A DNA stretch of 64,000 nucleotides, taken from NCBI GenBank assembly GCA_051362555.1, contig CM120643.1, positions 4,402,001 to 4,466,000 on the forward strand, written 5' to 3'. The stretch is from Lingula anatina (Eukaryota; Animalia; Brachiopoda). A model generated the notes under the pieces. The model searched no databases, was not told the origin of the DNA, and was given only the letters and a program-made list of their open reading frames with translations. Shown here piece after piece: positions 38,000 through 51,071 of this stretch; positions within the stretch are counted from its first letter, which is position 1; the number at the start of each line of letters is the position of its first letter. The position numbers and the translations under genes are program-made.

Positions 38000-38900
38000 T
38001 ATTGTGGTTCAAGTACATTTTTTACAATGACTATGACCTAACAGTATACATTATATAACTAAAAATACAATAATAAATTACAATATTGTTTATACAATAA
38101 CTGCGATCAGATTTTACAATTGCAGTATACGCTCAGTTACTTTGGTTGACTAGGTGGTGGTTGATTGAGAATATTTTTTCTTTCTTTATTGCACGTGATA
38201 TAGTGGGCCACATTCTTTATAACATCTAAATCGTTTGACTGCATTATACATTTGAACTGGCCCTCTGGGGTTTGTTTAGGATCTGGTTTTAGGATCTCCC
38301 TGTGTTTGGTGTGTAAGGGGCATTTTAAAAGAAAGTGTTTTTCATTTTTGACTTCATCTGAGCATAACTTGCAGATCCTTTCTTCAGGGGGTATTGGTTT
38401 TGGTTTTCAGTATCTGCCTCTTTGGATTTCTAAGTCATGTGCCCCTGTTCTAAATTTTGCATTTCACGTTTTGGTATAGGTGCTGTTGTGTACGCTTCCC
38501 TTTCATAATTTGTTTTAAATAATCGATATGTACGTAGTATGCTGTTTTCTCGCTCTATTTCTTTGAGAAACAAAAAGGTATAGTGACTTTCCAGTGCATT
38601 TTTTACTCTGCTTTCGAGGGGGTATTAGTCGGTGTTTTGATTAGATTTGACCAATTTTTTACCTGTGTGTCATGTTTTGTTTCATATTCATACATTGGTT
38701 TTGCCATGCGCTGCTTTGGCATTTCAGAAAATCTTCGCCAATAGGATGTAGCATGACCAATTATGTCATGTGTAATTGGGAATATGCCTATAGTTCTGCC
38801 TTAGCTGCTATATTTGATACAACAAAATTTTAGACCTCTTACCTGTCAAAATTCACATATTAAGGAAATTAGATTGCTATTCGGGTAAAGTGTACAAAAT
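37958..38900 (-). mobile_element. Degraded RTE-X/CR1-like LINE 3' end with (TAA)n tail
   Basis: Minus frame AKFRTGAHDLEIQRGRY*KPKPIPPEERICKLCSDEVKNEKHFLLKCP; (ATT)n at 37958-38000. Confidence 0.8.
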
Positions 38901-39234
38901 ATAAGATATCAATATAGTTGCTAAAATATAGTTGCTACAAATTCCATTATTTATGTTGTGAAAAAAAGAGACAGCAGATGGGTAAAAACTCTTTAAAAAC
39001 CTTTTGAATCCTTTAAAACATGAGTCTACAGTAGCTTTATTAAGAAATTAAAAAGACCGTGTGCAGGATGGGTGTAGTCAGACATAATTGTTCATGTTTT
39101 TGCTGCTTATCTTTCTGGATAAATGGCACTTATAGAGGGGAGATCGAAACCAATGATTTTGCTACATGTACATGTCACTTTCTATTGGACTATAAATTTA
39201 AACTGAATGCACTGCTCTATACACATCAAGGGAG

Positions 39235-39830
39235 TGTCATGGCGTGCATTGTACCCATTCTTTTGATGGACCTGTGCTCTGGAAATGTTCTCTTGAGCTT
39301 CAATCAACTTGGAAAACATATCTGATGGCTGTCAAGGGCTTCTTGCTCTGTTACCTCTGAGGTGGGGTTTCCAATTGCAAATTTGTCTTCATTTAGAAGA
39401 GATGCCTCTTTGCCAAATGCCAAAATAAAAGGCGTCTGTAGTTCTGTATGCAAGGAGACATGGGTCAATGAACTCATCCCAGTTGTCTTGATGGGCATTT
39501 GCATACTTTGTGAGATAGTTGCAGACAGTCCTGTTGTAGCTTTCACATTGTCCATTCGCTTGAGGGTGGCAGGCTGTTCTACGATGATTATTGATGCCAA
39601 GTTGCTGATATAATCTCGCATTTACTTGGTTACGGAATTTGAGTCCTTGGCCAGGAATTAGCACCTTGACACTAGCATAACGGAACACAACTTTCATTAT
39701 AGATATAGCTATAACTGAGGCTTTCTTGCTTGAAATTACTTCTGCTTCTGGTCACTTTGGTCAGGAAGTCTGTTAGAACAGTAATGTACCCGTTTCCTCT
39801 TGGCGTTTTATTCAGTGGCCTGAATTTTAA
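39235..39830 (-). mobile_element. Degenerate Gypsy/Ginger-type DDE integrase
   Basis: TPRGNGYITVLTDF; GQGLKFRNQV; HPQANGQCESYNRTV; NWDEFIDPCLLAYRT; NISRAQVHQKNGYNARH. Confidence 0.85.
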
Positions 39831-39887
39831 CCAGTGCAGTCATCTCTCCATTTCAATGACTTGAAACTTAAGCTGTTATTCTACTGT

Positions 39888-40070
39888 TTACCCCCGATAT
39901 TGTCCACATGGATCTGGGAACTTGTCTCTTATTGCCCACACAGAGCAAGATGGGATCACTTGTCTAATTGCCAGCTCCCAAATGACCATGTACCCATAGT
40001 GTGAATAGTCTGTAGGCTTGGTATCTGTTTGCCTTAGTATTGTGTTCCTTGTCATCCAAAGCCAGCACAT
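39888..40070 (-). pseudogene. P2X7 ballast/Nanor/KolX-like C-terminal domain fragment
   Basis: RQVIPSCSVWAIRDKFPDPCGQYRG matches the R.VIPSC.V..IR..FP.P.G.Y.G pattern. Confidence 0.75.
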
Positions 40071-40470
40071 CTCTTCTGTATAGTCTTGAAAGATGCAAGT
40101 CTATTCCAAACTGGATAATGGTCTTGTCTGGTTGGGGGTGGGGGGGGGGGGGGGGGGGGGGGGGTACAGGGCCTGGCTGTCCACTAGACCCAGGGATATT
40201 GTCATTTAGAATTTTTTTCTATGTCCAGTGCCAGTGATGGGTTAATTTCTATTGGTGATTTTAACAGCAGGGTCAGTTAGGACATCTTTTTCAACATCTT
40301 TGTCACACTTATCTTAAAATAAATGCCGAAATATTAGATTAGGTCCTAAGATAAGTTGTTTAGAGGTCTACCTGTATTTTTTGTATTTTAAAACCATGTA
40401 CTAGTAATGATTGTAAAACTACTCTTTTAATATAGTTATATATGTCACCTTTACTGATTGGGTCTTAACC

Positions 40471-40848
40471 TCACATTGAAACATTACCAGTCCCCCCCCC
40501 CCCTACAAAAACTCTTATCCAAGTGTTGACTGAAAACAATGTCATACAGGTCAACCTTGTTATAGCAAAACACACAGCTGTTGCAGTGGCAAATAGGTCA
40601 CAATCCTGACCACCAACTTGTCTCTGTGGAGAATACATTTCAACACTCAGTGCACCATCAGCTCCTTGACAGGAATTTGGATACAAATTCAACAGCTGCC
40701 CTTTTGGTGTCATTCTTGGAGTTAGAGAGTTGTACACAACTACTTTGTTGCTAAAATGTGCAGAGACAAGCCAATGTGATCCAACATAATGGACTTGAAT
40801 ACCATTTCTAACCACAGGTTGAACCTCCAAATCAGAGACCAAGAGCAA
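40471..40848 (-). pseudogene. Ulp1/C48-like cysteine protease fragment (further fragments at 42700-42830 and 46440-46990)
   Basis: IQVHYVGSHWLVS..VVVYNSL...QRQVGGQDCDLFA, i.e. H-W, D/N, Q and C in Ulp1 order. Confidence 0.75.
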
Positions 40849-41449
40849 TGTATTTTAAAGCTATTACTGAGACCATGCCTCAGGTGGTACTCAACCACAC
40901 TTCTGTAAAATTGTCGTCATCAGTTAATGACCTTTTCTTTTTCAGCCTTGTAAGGTGTTCCATGTTGGTGTAATCTTGGTAACAAGCTCTGTGATATGCT
41001 TCAACTGGCCCATCTTGCCAGTGACTCTTGAAAATACTTTGTGACAAAAAGACTGAAGGGATGCCTTATCACTTGACTGCATGGTTCACTTGAAATAATA
41101 AACTAGTTCAATATCATATTCCAATTTTAAACACCATTTTACAGTTTGTCCAATAAACTTTTAAGTAAATTATTAAAATAGGTACCTGTTATTCAGTGAA
41201 TTTCAATAAAACAAAATGTTTTCTTAGGTGTATAGAATAAAAAAAAATGAGTAATAAGAAACATCATTAACACACTTTTCCCTGAAAAATAATATAAATT
41301 AGATTAAATAAAGATTTAGTAAATTTTAAGAAAAGAAGCCAAGTGCAGTTTTGGATAGTCATGTCTAGTACATTTTATTTGAACACTTATATCCACTTGT
41401 AACAAGGTCATAACTTATTAAATCTACATGCATTTGAAAAATACAGATT

Positions 41450-41932
41450 TTAATGATCCATCAACCTACCAAAAAGTATCCCAGACCCACGGTAATGATT
41501 TTTACGTTGATGGTAAGGATTTCCAACAAGTAAAACTTTACCATCTTCACCGTCTTCAAATAATCTATCTTTTATGGTGTGCAGCATTGAGGTCAAGAAC
41601 TGTTTTCTAGGATCTCCAAGGTCAACTGCCTCCTCTCCATAATATGCTATCTCCAATGGCAGGCGATAGTTGACAGTTGAATCTGTGAGTATTTCCATAC
41701 CATCTTCAAAGACAGTAGAGCGAGAAACATGGACTAATGTTGTGTCTCCTTCACAGAACTCACCTTCCTGCTCAACATCAATAGGGCGACCCATTAAATA
41801 TTTCTTGGTGATGGCCCTGAGAATTGTGACTGGGTCATTGCAAGATTCCCTGTTAAAATAATTAACAATTTTGGACTGCATTATTTCATTACATGTACAG
41901 TACTGGTAGACAACATGATAAATAGACTTCAC
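41450..41932 (-). pseudogene. G2E3-like HECT E3 ligase N-lobe fragment
   Basis: VSRSTVFEDG...LEIAYYGEEAVDLGDPRKQFL..IKDRLFE...YRGSGILFG. Confidence 0.75.
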
Positions 41933-43860
41933 AAAAAAATTGAGGAGGGACTTCTATTTGCTACACTTACATTTCAGCTACTGTTTCTCTAACACAGAGT
42001 GAAATGGTGCCTTTGCCTAAGGGTTCCTCTTCCTGTTGTGTCTCCAAGTTTGAAATGGGATTGGTAGGTCCCTCAATGGAAGGAGAACTTGTTGGTGGGA
42101 ATGATCTAGACAAAGTGTCATCACTTGCAGTTGCTCTAATTTCTGTTGGCTGTGTGCTGTGAAGAAATCAGTTTTTAGATACCTTATTAGTTTTGCAAGA
42201 ATCTACATGTATTCAGCACAGGGCTTAAATGTCTGCGCATCAGAAAAACTTGGGAAGGTTCACTTTAGCTAATGCATATGGGAAAATCCAGTTGCATGGG
42301 GGAAATTAGCCAAAATGGCATTTTAAACTTTTATTTTCATGTTTTGGTCAACATGAAAAACTTTTTTTGTATCATCTGTGTTGTAAGTCTAAGTGGCTGG
42401 GTGGTTTGATTTTTGTATGCATAACCCTAGATTTAAACAAAAAATGCCAACAATCACTAATGAGCAAAATTGACAAACTTGCCAACAGCTATAACAGGTA
42501 TTTGTGGGAAATAGAGGAAATGAAGACTTCTCTTGATTTAAAAAAATTATCCCATTATCTAAAAATCTGTGTGTTATCCTGGGTCAGTTCCATTTTACAC
42601 TTTTCTAGGTCCTTCTTAAATTTTTTTGTGTCCATGAGGGTTCCATCTGGTTCAAGGACCTGTAATTGTGGTATTTCTTTATGTTCATATCCCTGTGTCA
42701 TTCTTGGAGTTAGAGAGCCATACACAAGTTCTTTGTTGCTAAAACTTGCAGATACAACCCAACGTGATCCAATGTGATGAATGTGAATTCCAGCTGTAAC
42801 TACAGGTTGCAGGCCTATCCAGGTCAAGCATACGGCTTGGTAAGGTGCAGTTACAACATTTAAAACATTTTCAATAAAATGAGTATCAACTGTTTGTTAA
42901 AACATACAGTTTTATCTCCTTCAAAGCGCTTGTTAGACTAGAAAAGCTATTAACATATAATTACCAGAGCCTCTTCTCAGTCCGTAACAAGCCAAGAGAT
43001 TATCCCAAGCACTTCTGCGTGCCTACAAATCAAGAAAATAAAAATGCTATGTATATTTTGTATCAAAATGCTAAGTAAAATGAATAAATCTTATGTTGTA
43101 AGACACATACTCACAAAGAGATTGTTTCACAGCCCCAAACCAGAGGCCAAGAGGAGTGTATCTTACACTGCATGAAAACTTAGCTTTTGTATTTCCTGAA
43201 AGTTGATTAAAAGGCTTTCTTTTACCCATGTGTCTGCACCTTTCCTAGACTTTTTGAATTTTTAGGAAAGGTGTAAAAGGTCATCTTTTGTATGGCTTTT
43301 ATATGGAGAAAAAGATGTACAAATGGCCCACTTTTCTTCTCCTTTTTTACACATAAAAGGTTAACTTTTATTTGTCTTTTGTGACAAAATTGATCTTTTG
43401 TTGGACAAAAAAGGCGTTATAAAGTTCAACATTCTGAAGACTTTTGCATGTCGAAAGGCATATGAATGGCCCTCTTCCCTTTCCTTTTTGTGTCACATTA
43501 ATAAACTTTTAATTCTTTTAAATCTTTTTTTACTACGAACATGTGATATTTTGCTATATAAAAGTTCTGGAAATGGCTAAATTTTGTACACCTTTTTATG
43601 TCTTTTAACAATTGAAAAGAGTATATTTCTACTACTTTTGTAGCTTATTAAATGTATTATTAGTCACGGGCATAAAATCATTTTGATAAGACAAAAAACA
43701 CGACATAAACTTATATAATTTATTGTATGTCATATGAATAGGTTATGAATATGAATAGGTTTCTCAGTAAAGATAAAAAATGTGTGCATTTCTTGGAACA
43801 TATTCAAATTAAATTACTTCTGGCAGTTACGTATGTGACACAAAAATTGCCCCCCCCCCC

Positions 43861-43891
<31 letters not shown>

Positions 43892-44062
43892 AGCTGGCTG
43901 TGAAACCACAACTTCATTTCAGGTGTAAACTTGATGTACATATAGCCATCTCTCCAGTCTGTAATGAAACTACATATAAAGCCCCAAAATAATGAACCAA
44001 AATTCTATACTATTTGAAATTACACAGCATTTGGTCAGGTAAACTGAAAACAGTTGAAATGT

Positions 44063-44738
44063 TTAATCTCTTTTTGCAATCCATGAGATATCCTCTGGAC
44101 AATTAGGGACAGATTTGATGTGAGTTGCTCCAATCTTCCTGTTTTGCAGCAACCTTCTGCTCTTGTGTGAGCTGTTTTCAATAAAACACCTGTCTAAGGT
44201 ACATTTAACCTGGGAAGATTGGTCACTTTGCCAGGATGGGGTGTGTGTGACGAATCCTTCATAACACTCTTCATCGCTAGACCTGTACTTGATATCAATG
44301 GCGCTCTTGATTTGTGCATGCTGCACCTCAGTCTGCCACCCTTGGGCTGACAGGATCACCTCAGTCTGCCACCCTTGGGCTGACAGGATCACCTCAGTCT
44401 GCCACCCTTGGGCTGACAGGATCACCTCAGTCTGCCACCCTTGGGCTGACAGGATCACCTCAGTCTGCCACCCTTGGGCTGACAGGATCACCTCAGTCTG
44501 CCACCCTTGGGCTGACAGGATCATCTCAGTCTGCCACCCTTGGGCTGACAGGATCACCTCAGTCTGCCACCCTTGGGCTGACAGGATCACCTCAGTCTGC
44601 CACCCTTGGGCTGACAGGATCACCTCAGTCTGCCACCCTTGGGCTGACAGGATCACCTCAGTCTGCCACCCCTGGGGTGACAGGATCACCTCAGTCTGCC
44701 ACCCCTGGGCTGACAGGATCTGCATCCTTTTGGCTTTC
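44063..44738 (-). pseudogene. Exon of a C14orf93-like/TE-associated protein with an in-frame 11-aa repeat expansion
   Basis: TTTCAG acceptor, then KAKRMQ(ILSAQGWQTEV)x12..IKYRSSDEE..HTPSWQSD..LD. Confidence 0.5.
44323..44720. repeat. 33-bp minisatellite x12
   Basis: Near-perfect copies of CACCTCAGTCTGCCACCCTTGGGCTGACAGGAT. Confidence 0.97.
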
Positions 44739-45369
44739 TGAAAAAAAAAAAGAATTCAATTAAGGTATGAGTATGGTCTGAAAAATATTCCATCTAATTG
44801 GTTACCACATTCAATGATACTCTGTCTTCTCCATGATACCCCAAAACTTCTTGATACAAAACACACAGATTTAGAAAAAAAAAAGATTTAAAAAAAATGT
44901 ATGCTCTATAGGCAGCATGACACATACTGGCATTGTCCTCTTTACCCTCTTGCAAGCCCATCGTATATGTATACATTTTTTTTTTTTTTTTTTTTTTGTG
45001 AACATCAAGATTATCTCCAAGTTTATGTAGCTGCAATTCGAGTAAGTTATTATTTAAATATTTATTTGTTTATTATAGAATCATAAATTGTGCCTTTACT
45101 TTGATCATGTTCACCATTAATTGTAGGCCTACTCCATTGTTAGTATTATCATTTTTATTTTTATTCATTGCGTTTCATTTTCATTAAATTTTACTTACAC
45201 CGTACACTGTTATTTGTCTTACCTGTACGTATGATGTGAAATAAAGGCTACCAAAAAATGAGATATGAATCCTGAGTTGTTCAACAGTTTGTTCTACAAA
45301 CCCATCACCATCTCCACATTTCATCAGTTTAAGGATTGTATCTTATAGGAGTAAACAGTGTGGATACTG

Positions 45370-45491
45370 TGTTCTGGAGTATGATACTCCGAAATGCGTT
45401 CTGACACACACCTTGAAAACGGGTAGTGTGGTCCGATATACCGGTTAATTCAGGATCCTTAGGTGCCGAGTCTGGTAGTTGGTTAGGCCTG
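45370..45491. mobile_element. Solo TIR arm of the MITE family at 56149-56699
   Basis: Close match to 56578-56699, ending AGGCCTG. Confidence 0.8.
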
Positions 45492-47097
45492 AAATAAGTG
45501 ATAACAATCTCTCCTGTCAAGTGGCAGTTCCTTTGTTCAGAACGGTGGTCTGAAAACTCACTTTGATGAATCATGGGGCAAGTTTCAATTGGGCACACTT
45601 CCTTACATTTGGAAAATTTGAATTGTGCCCAAGGTGAGTCCAGCGATCGTTCGTACAGAACGGAGACAAAAAAATTCAGATTCAGAGAAAAAATGTTTCG
45701 TTCGTAATTACTGCGGCGTTCGTATAGATTGGAGAATTACTGTAATTGAGCTAATTTTGTTTATTACAGTTTTATCTTTTGATTTTTTAGCCAGTCCTTA
45801 TTTAGATTGTATCTGTGGTTATTTACTTTTTTCAGATATTTTCATTTTTACTCCATTCAAAGGATATGGAGGAGGATTTTTCTGTAGGTAGTAGCATATG
45901 CAGATCTTCTGATCTCATTTCCCATAGTTTGCCTATTGCTTTGGAGAGAGTATGAGGGCTAACGTATATATGGATTATTTGATGCTTGTTTGAAAATCTT
46001 CCATCTCTGTTAATGCAGGTATTTCTGTCTTTTCAAACAGTTGTGTGACTTGTTTGTAGATATTTCTGTACTGTGTCTGGTTTTTTATGCTTGCCTTTCG
46101 GGTTACTGTGATGTTCAGCTTGTACTATCTTTTGTTCTAACTTTATGATAGTGTTGACTCTCTCTTTTGGTGTCCCTACAGGTTGGTTGGTGTTTATATC
46201 CACTGAGACTGTCATCTCAGGTGTGTTTTGATAAGCAGGTAAAGAAACCCTGTCCTGCCTGAGCCTAAAGGTCTGGTTTCAGGTGTACGTCAGCATTTTT
46301 ACCAAGACATGAGTACATGTACAAAAAAAAAAACAGAGCTGTACTACATTTACTTTATCTTTATAATTTATAACACTAAATCTTTTGAGTGACCTGTAAA
46401 GAAGCACCATGTATTTGAATTAACCACATAATGAATGTTAAAAAAGAAACCCTACAGGGTACCTGTATTTCCTGGTTGCAATACATAAAACTACTCCATT
46501 GTCTTTTGATGTAGTTATATATGTCACCTTTACTGATTGGGGTTTTACCTCACACGGAAGCATTACCAATTTTCCCCTGCAAAAACTCTTATACAAATGT
46601 TTCTCATTGTTTTGGATCACAGTTGGAGTTTATTATCAAAGTGCCCAAATATGCAAGTTCAACACAAAATTTTGTTTAAGTACCTTCTTCCAATTAAGCC
46701 AAATAACATAGCTCATGCTGAGAAACACAAGTCCAACAAAAGAATAGATAAATGCAAATGCAAGTTTGTTTACATCACAAACTTTGATGGAGGCATTTTC
46801 AAGGCAAAAGCTAACAAAGAAAAGAAAGGATAGAACTTTTAAAAAATTAAAGCAAGGAAGCAATATGTAAAATTGTCAGCATCAGTTCTTGACCTTTTTT
46901 TTTCAGCCTTGTAAGGTGTTCCGTGTTGGTGTAATCTTGGTAACAAGCTCTGTGATATGGTTCAACTGGCCCATCTTGCCAGTGACTCTTGATTGCATTG
47001 TAGCATGCATCTTTGCAAATACCAGCTGCTTTTTTTTAATGTATCCCAGCTTATGCCCCTATTTCAAACAGACCATGAATCCCACGAATCGCCAGAA

Positions 47098-47244
47098 ATT
47101 GACAAATTTCAGGATTTGTGGTTGAATCGTAATCAGTTTGTGAAGTTCTTAACAGATTTGTATATATTCGTAGTCAGTTCTTGCAATTCTTCATCAATCA
47201 CAAACTGATTACGATACAACCACGAATCCTGAAATTTGTCAATT
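47098..47244. repeat. ~46-bp inverted repeat pair (foldback/MITE-like)
   Basis: AATTGACAAATTTCAGGATTTGTGGTTGAATCGTAATCAGTTTGTGA and its reverse complement ~55 bp downstream. Confidence 0.85.
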
Positions 47245-47599
47245 GCCTGTGGATTATTTGATGTCCAATGCTGTGCACTGACCTGCCCTTTGTTCCTCTG
47301 TAGACACCGTTGAATACAATGTATATTGGTTAGTTCTTCCACCAGCTACAGATTTTAGTGCTGCTGCTGCACCCAAACTAAGACTTGGTTTATTTAAAGG
47401 CAGCCACACTTGCCTTGGCATGTACTCCTTACAGGGTTATGAGGCATCCACTTCCCAAGAGTACACCGGAATCGGACTAAAACCCTGCTGGAATCCAGCC
47501 AGTATTTCTACGGTCCCCGGGTAATTGAAATTTCAGATAAGCTGTTGAAAAACTCAACACAACTTCTGGCCATAAAAACAACACTTCTTGTGAATCCTT

Positions 47600-47780
47600 A
47601 AGCATTCCCAAATCACCTTCATATTTAAGTTCTTTGCTTGAGTTTCAAGCTGCATTTTCCTCCGTTTCTGTCTGAGGGACCTATCAGATTGAGAATTCTG
47701 GGCAGCACCTCGTTTCCATGGAGAAATGCTCGGAACCGAATCCTTTTTCAGCCTCTTTACTTGAGGTGTGTCACCTGTGA
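47600..47780 (-). pseudogene. THAP domain C-terminal exon fragment
   Basis: TTCACAG acceptor, then GDTPQVKRLKKDSVPSISPW..RSLRQKRR (AVPTIF-box-like). Confidence 0.6.
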
Positions 47781-49027
47781 ATGATATTTGTAAACTATTT
47801 AATAAATGGTTATGTTTTCTGATATAAAACATTACATAATCAAATGTCACTTTCAGAGATTTCATTCTCATTTCTGTCAAAATAATCGGGCCCAATAAAG
47901 AAAAGGGTTTCATACTAATAAAAGCTTATAAATTTGTGACCTATATTTCAAAACAAAAGTTTATTTCTATCATATGAATCGTAAAAGACCTGTGGCTAAG
48001 AGGTAGAATTATGAAGCTGTGTATGACATATTTTGCTGATCCCTTGAAAACATTAAAAGATAACATTAAAAAAAACAATATTGAAATTTCTCCACTAACT
48101 GGGAAATAACTTGGATCCGAAAAAGCTATTATAAAAAAGGTCTAAAAAGCCATAATCACAGTAGTAGGTCTTTTCCACATAGTCAGACGGTAAAAAGTAG
48201 AGTCATTGGAGGGGGTGGACATGGAATAATAAATCTTCTGATAAAGACTCAACAGTACTCGAGCATGAAATAGACAAATTCTTGTCTAATCACCGGAAGT
48301 TGTTGCATGAACTGTGAAGCACAAATCTGGGATAAGAAAATAATTTTAATCATACTTGAAAAAAATTATATTAAATTATAATTTTTACCTTGTATTCTGG
48401 AAACTTAACCACTTCCAAAAGGCATATCTGTGTGGGACAATTAAACTTCACGGACACTTGGAAGTTCTGGCATTTTGAAAACACAAAGTTAGACTCCTGA
48501 TCATTTATCTGAAAATAAAATTTAGTACCAATAGGCTTTTTGTCTTTTGCCCCCCCTCCCCCCTTCCATGCAACAAATGTCATCCTTTAAGAATATGAGA
48601 CAAGGCTCTAACACCAACGATAACAAAATTTAAGCCCTGTAACTTATATATTTAAGCAGCCTTTTCAGCTTTCGCAGCAGGAATTTTTACCTTGATCGCT
48701 TTATTTCTATCAGGTCCATGGTGGCAGTCCATGATGATTTCACTGAAAATCATGAAACGTATCAAATTCTAACTGTCCACAGTGATACAGAAACTTTATG
48801 TGAAAAGAGAGACATGTGTCTCCTGCTTCATAAAAATATGAGACACAAGGTTCAAAACAAGGGACACACCATAAACAACATTTTTTTGTTTCCATAAAAC
48901 AAGTTTTATTCTTAAAAAAAAAAAAAAAAAAACATTTGCTCCTTGAAACACTCTTAGGCGTGATTACCAGAAATTCCATTATTATTGTCATGTCAATAAA
49001 GTAATGTAATGTCATTACACCACAAAT

Positions 49028-49396
49028 GACAAGTATGTTGATGGCAATGTGGTCAAACAGGAATGGGCAATACTGAAGGAATTGGTCCTGGCAAACACTT
49101 ACAGCTGTGACAGTATGAAAGAACTCTGGGCAATTATCAACATATTTCATAAGGACAATTTCCCTAACTTGTGCAAATTGGCTAGCATAGCACTTGCCCT
49201 CCCAGTGCATACTGCAGACGTAGAACATGGCTTTAGTGCTCAAAATATAATCAAATCTAGCCTTAGAAATAGACTGATCAGTGAAAATTTACAAATGTTG
49301 ATCGCCATAAAACTAAATGGCCCCCTTTCTCAGGATTTTGACTTTAGAAGTGCTCTTGGTGTGTGTAAAGCAAAACAACAAAGGCATTTCTCATGA
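49028..49396 (+). mobile_element. hAT transposase C-terminal dimerization domain (inverted relative to the rest)
   Basis: FPNLCKLASIALALPVHTADVEHGFSAQNIIKSSLRNRL..LQMLIAIKLNGP. Confidence 0.9.
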
Positions 49397-50917
49397 ACAT
49401 TGCTCAAACAACATTGCCAAAGATTGCCGAGAGCGATACAATGCATCTAGACTGTTATAAAAGCTAAACCAACGGACAGAATGTACTTCCTCTATCCTGA
49501 TCTTGGGAGCATCTAATACATCCTGTAGAGAAGCCAGTCCACTATTGCGCTTGGCGGAGTGTTTGAACCAGTAGTAGATATTTGTCATGAACTCCTGGTA
49601 GGTCTTCAAATATGGCACTCCACTGGCTGCTTGGCTAGACACGAGTGCAAGTTGGTGAGCAATGCAGTGCAGTTGAATGAGCTGTGGATTTATTTCTCTT
49701 TTTAGTCTTGTACCAACTCCATTGTGTTTTCCGGTCATAACCTGATGAGATAAAGATTGAAATTAATTTTTCCACATCAACATCTGATGAACTAACCAAT
49801 ATTTTAGAAAAATTGAAACTATCAATTTATTTCATTATTAAAAAGTTTCCAAACTATTTACTATTTTGGAATTTTTCATAAATATAACAGACTGACAGTA
49901 ATAATTATAATCCTGACTAAATAAAATTCTTGAATGAAATTTCAAATATTTATTCTATTTATTGTTTCCTTGTAATATATTATATATTCAGTACATTATT
50001 TAATTTATTCTATTTATCAACTTCACACCAGTTTTTTTTTTTTTTATTATTATTTATTGTTTCTTGATAATATTATGCAATACTGACTGATGCACCGTCA
50101 CTTCCTAGTCCTACTACCTTATCAGGCAGCACCGTCACTTCCTAGTCCTACTACCTTATCAGGCGGCACGTCAAACTTTGTCAGGAGATTTTTGACAGAT
50201 GTTGCAATGGTGTCTGCTTTCCCATCCAGTATTTCACAATTCTCTAAGAAAATAGTCTCTGGTTTACAGCCTGATGATATCCTCGCATACACACTCAGTT
50301 TTTTTGTACTAGTAATGTCACATGATTCATCAAAGCACAGAGATATAGTCTGCATCTGTCAGCTTTTTTCTCATATCTCGGAGAATCACTTCGTATATAC
50401 TCTCTTGAAAGTTTTTGGTAATAGTGTAGGATTGGTAGCTTTTTGCAATTGACGCAAGAGCACGGCAGCCTTGCTGTATCAAAAAATCAACAAAATCTGG
50501 GTACTTGGATGTTGCTATGTCCTGCTTTGCCAAGAAATATATTGTTCGTAGAGCATGGACTATGGCACTGTCGCTCTCACTAAACTGATTTTTTACCATT
50601 CTCGACAGAGTTGACCTTGAGATTTCATCTTGAACCGACTGGCGATGGTCAGCTGCTGAAGCATGCCGCTCCAAAGTCGTGGTTCTGAAGTTGCTACAGC
50701 CTTCGGTAAAAACGTTCTTTTTTTGGCTTTTTACACATAGTGTGCAAAACATATGGTTGTCTTTGTGTTCTAGCCATGTCCATTTAGATTTCCAAGCTTC
50801 ATTGAACACTCGTTTGACACGTTTCCGAGGCAAACAAGCGGCCGGCTGGTCACGAGGTTCAGTTTCACTTTGCTCAGGCTCCGCCATGTGCGAGGGGGAA
50901 AATTGCGATGAATGCAA
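49391..50917 (-). mobile_element. hAT transposase (ZNF862-like), N-terminal zinc finger and catalytic region, with intron and frameshift
   Basis: FNEAWKSKWTWL..MFCTLC..LERH...H; DESCD; GLGSDGAA; intron ~50085-49743; VMTGKHNGV..HCIAHQLAL; VRWFS. Confidence 0.92.
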
Positions 50918-51071
50918 GAAGCAGCATGATTAGCTGAATTTGCAAGCGTTGCTAAGCGCTATAACTAAAAGGTGCGATGTTATTGGCTGTTGAGTCCCAC
51001 TCAGTTTCAGGTGATGTTGCGCACTCACTGAACGACTTTTACTTTGTTAAACTGTTTGGATCATTCTTGAT

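Noticed and set aside
44289-44763. Plus-strand repetitive ORFs (TSVCHPWADRI)n and (SPQSATLGLTG)n
   Set aside because: Alternative frames of the 33-bp repeat; only the minus frame has an acceptor and a protein-like continuation.
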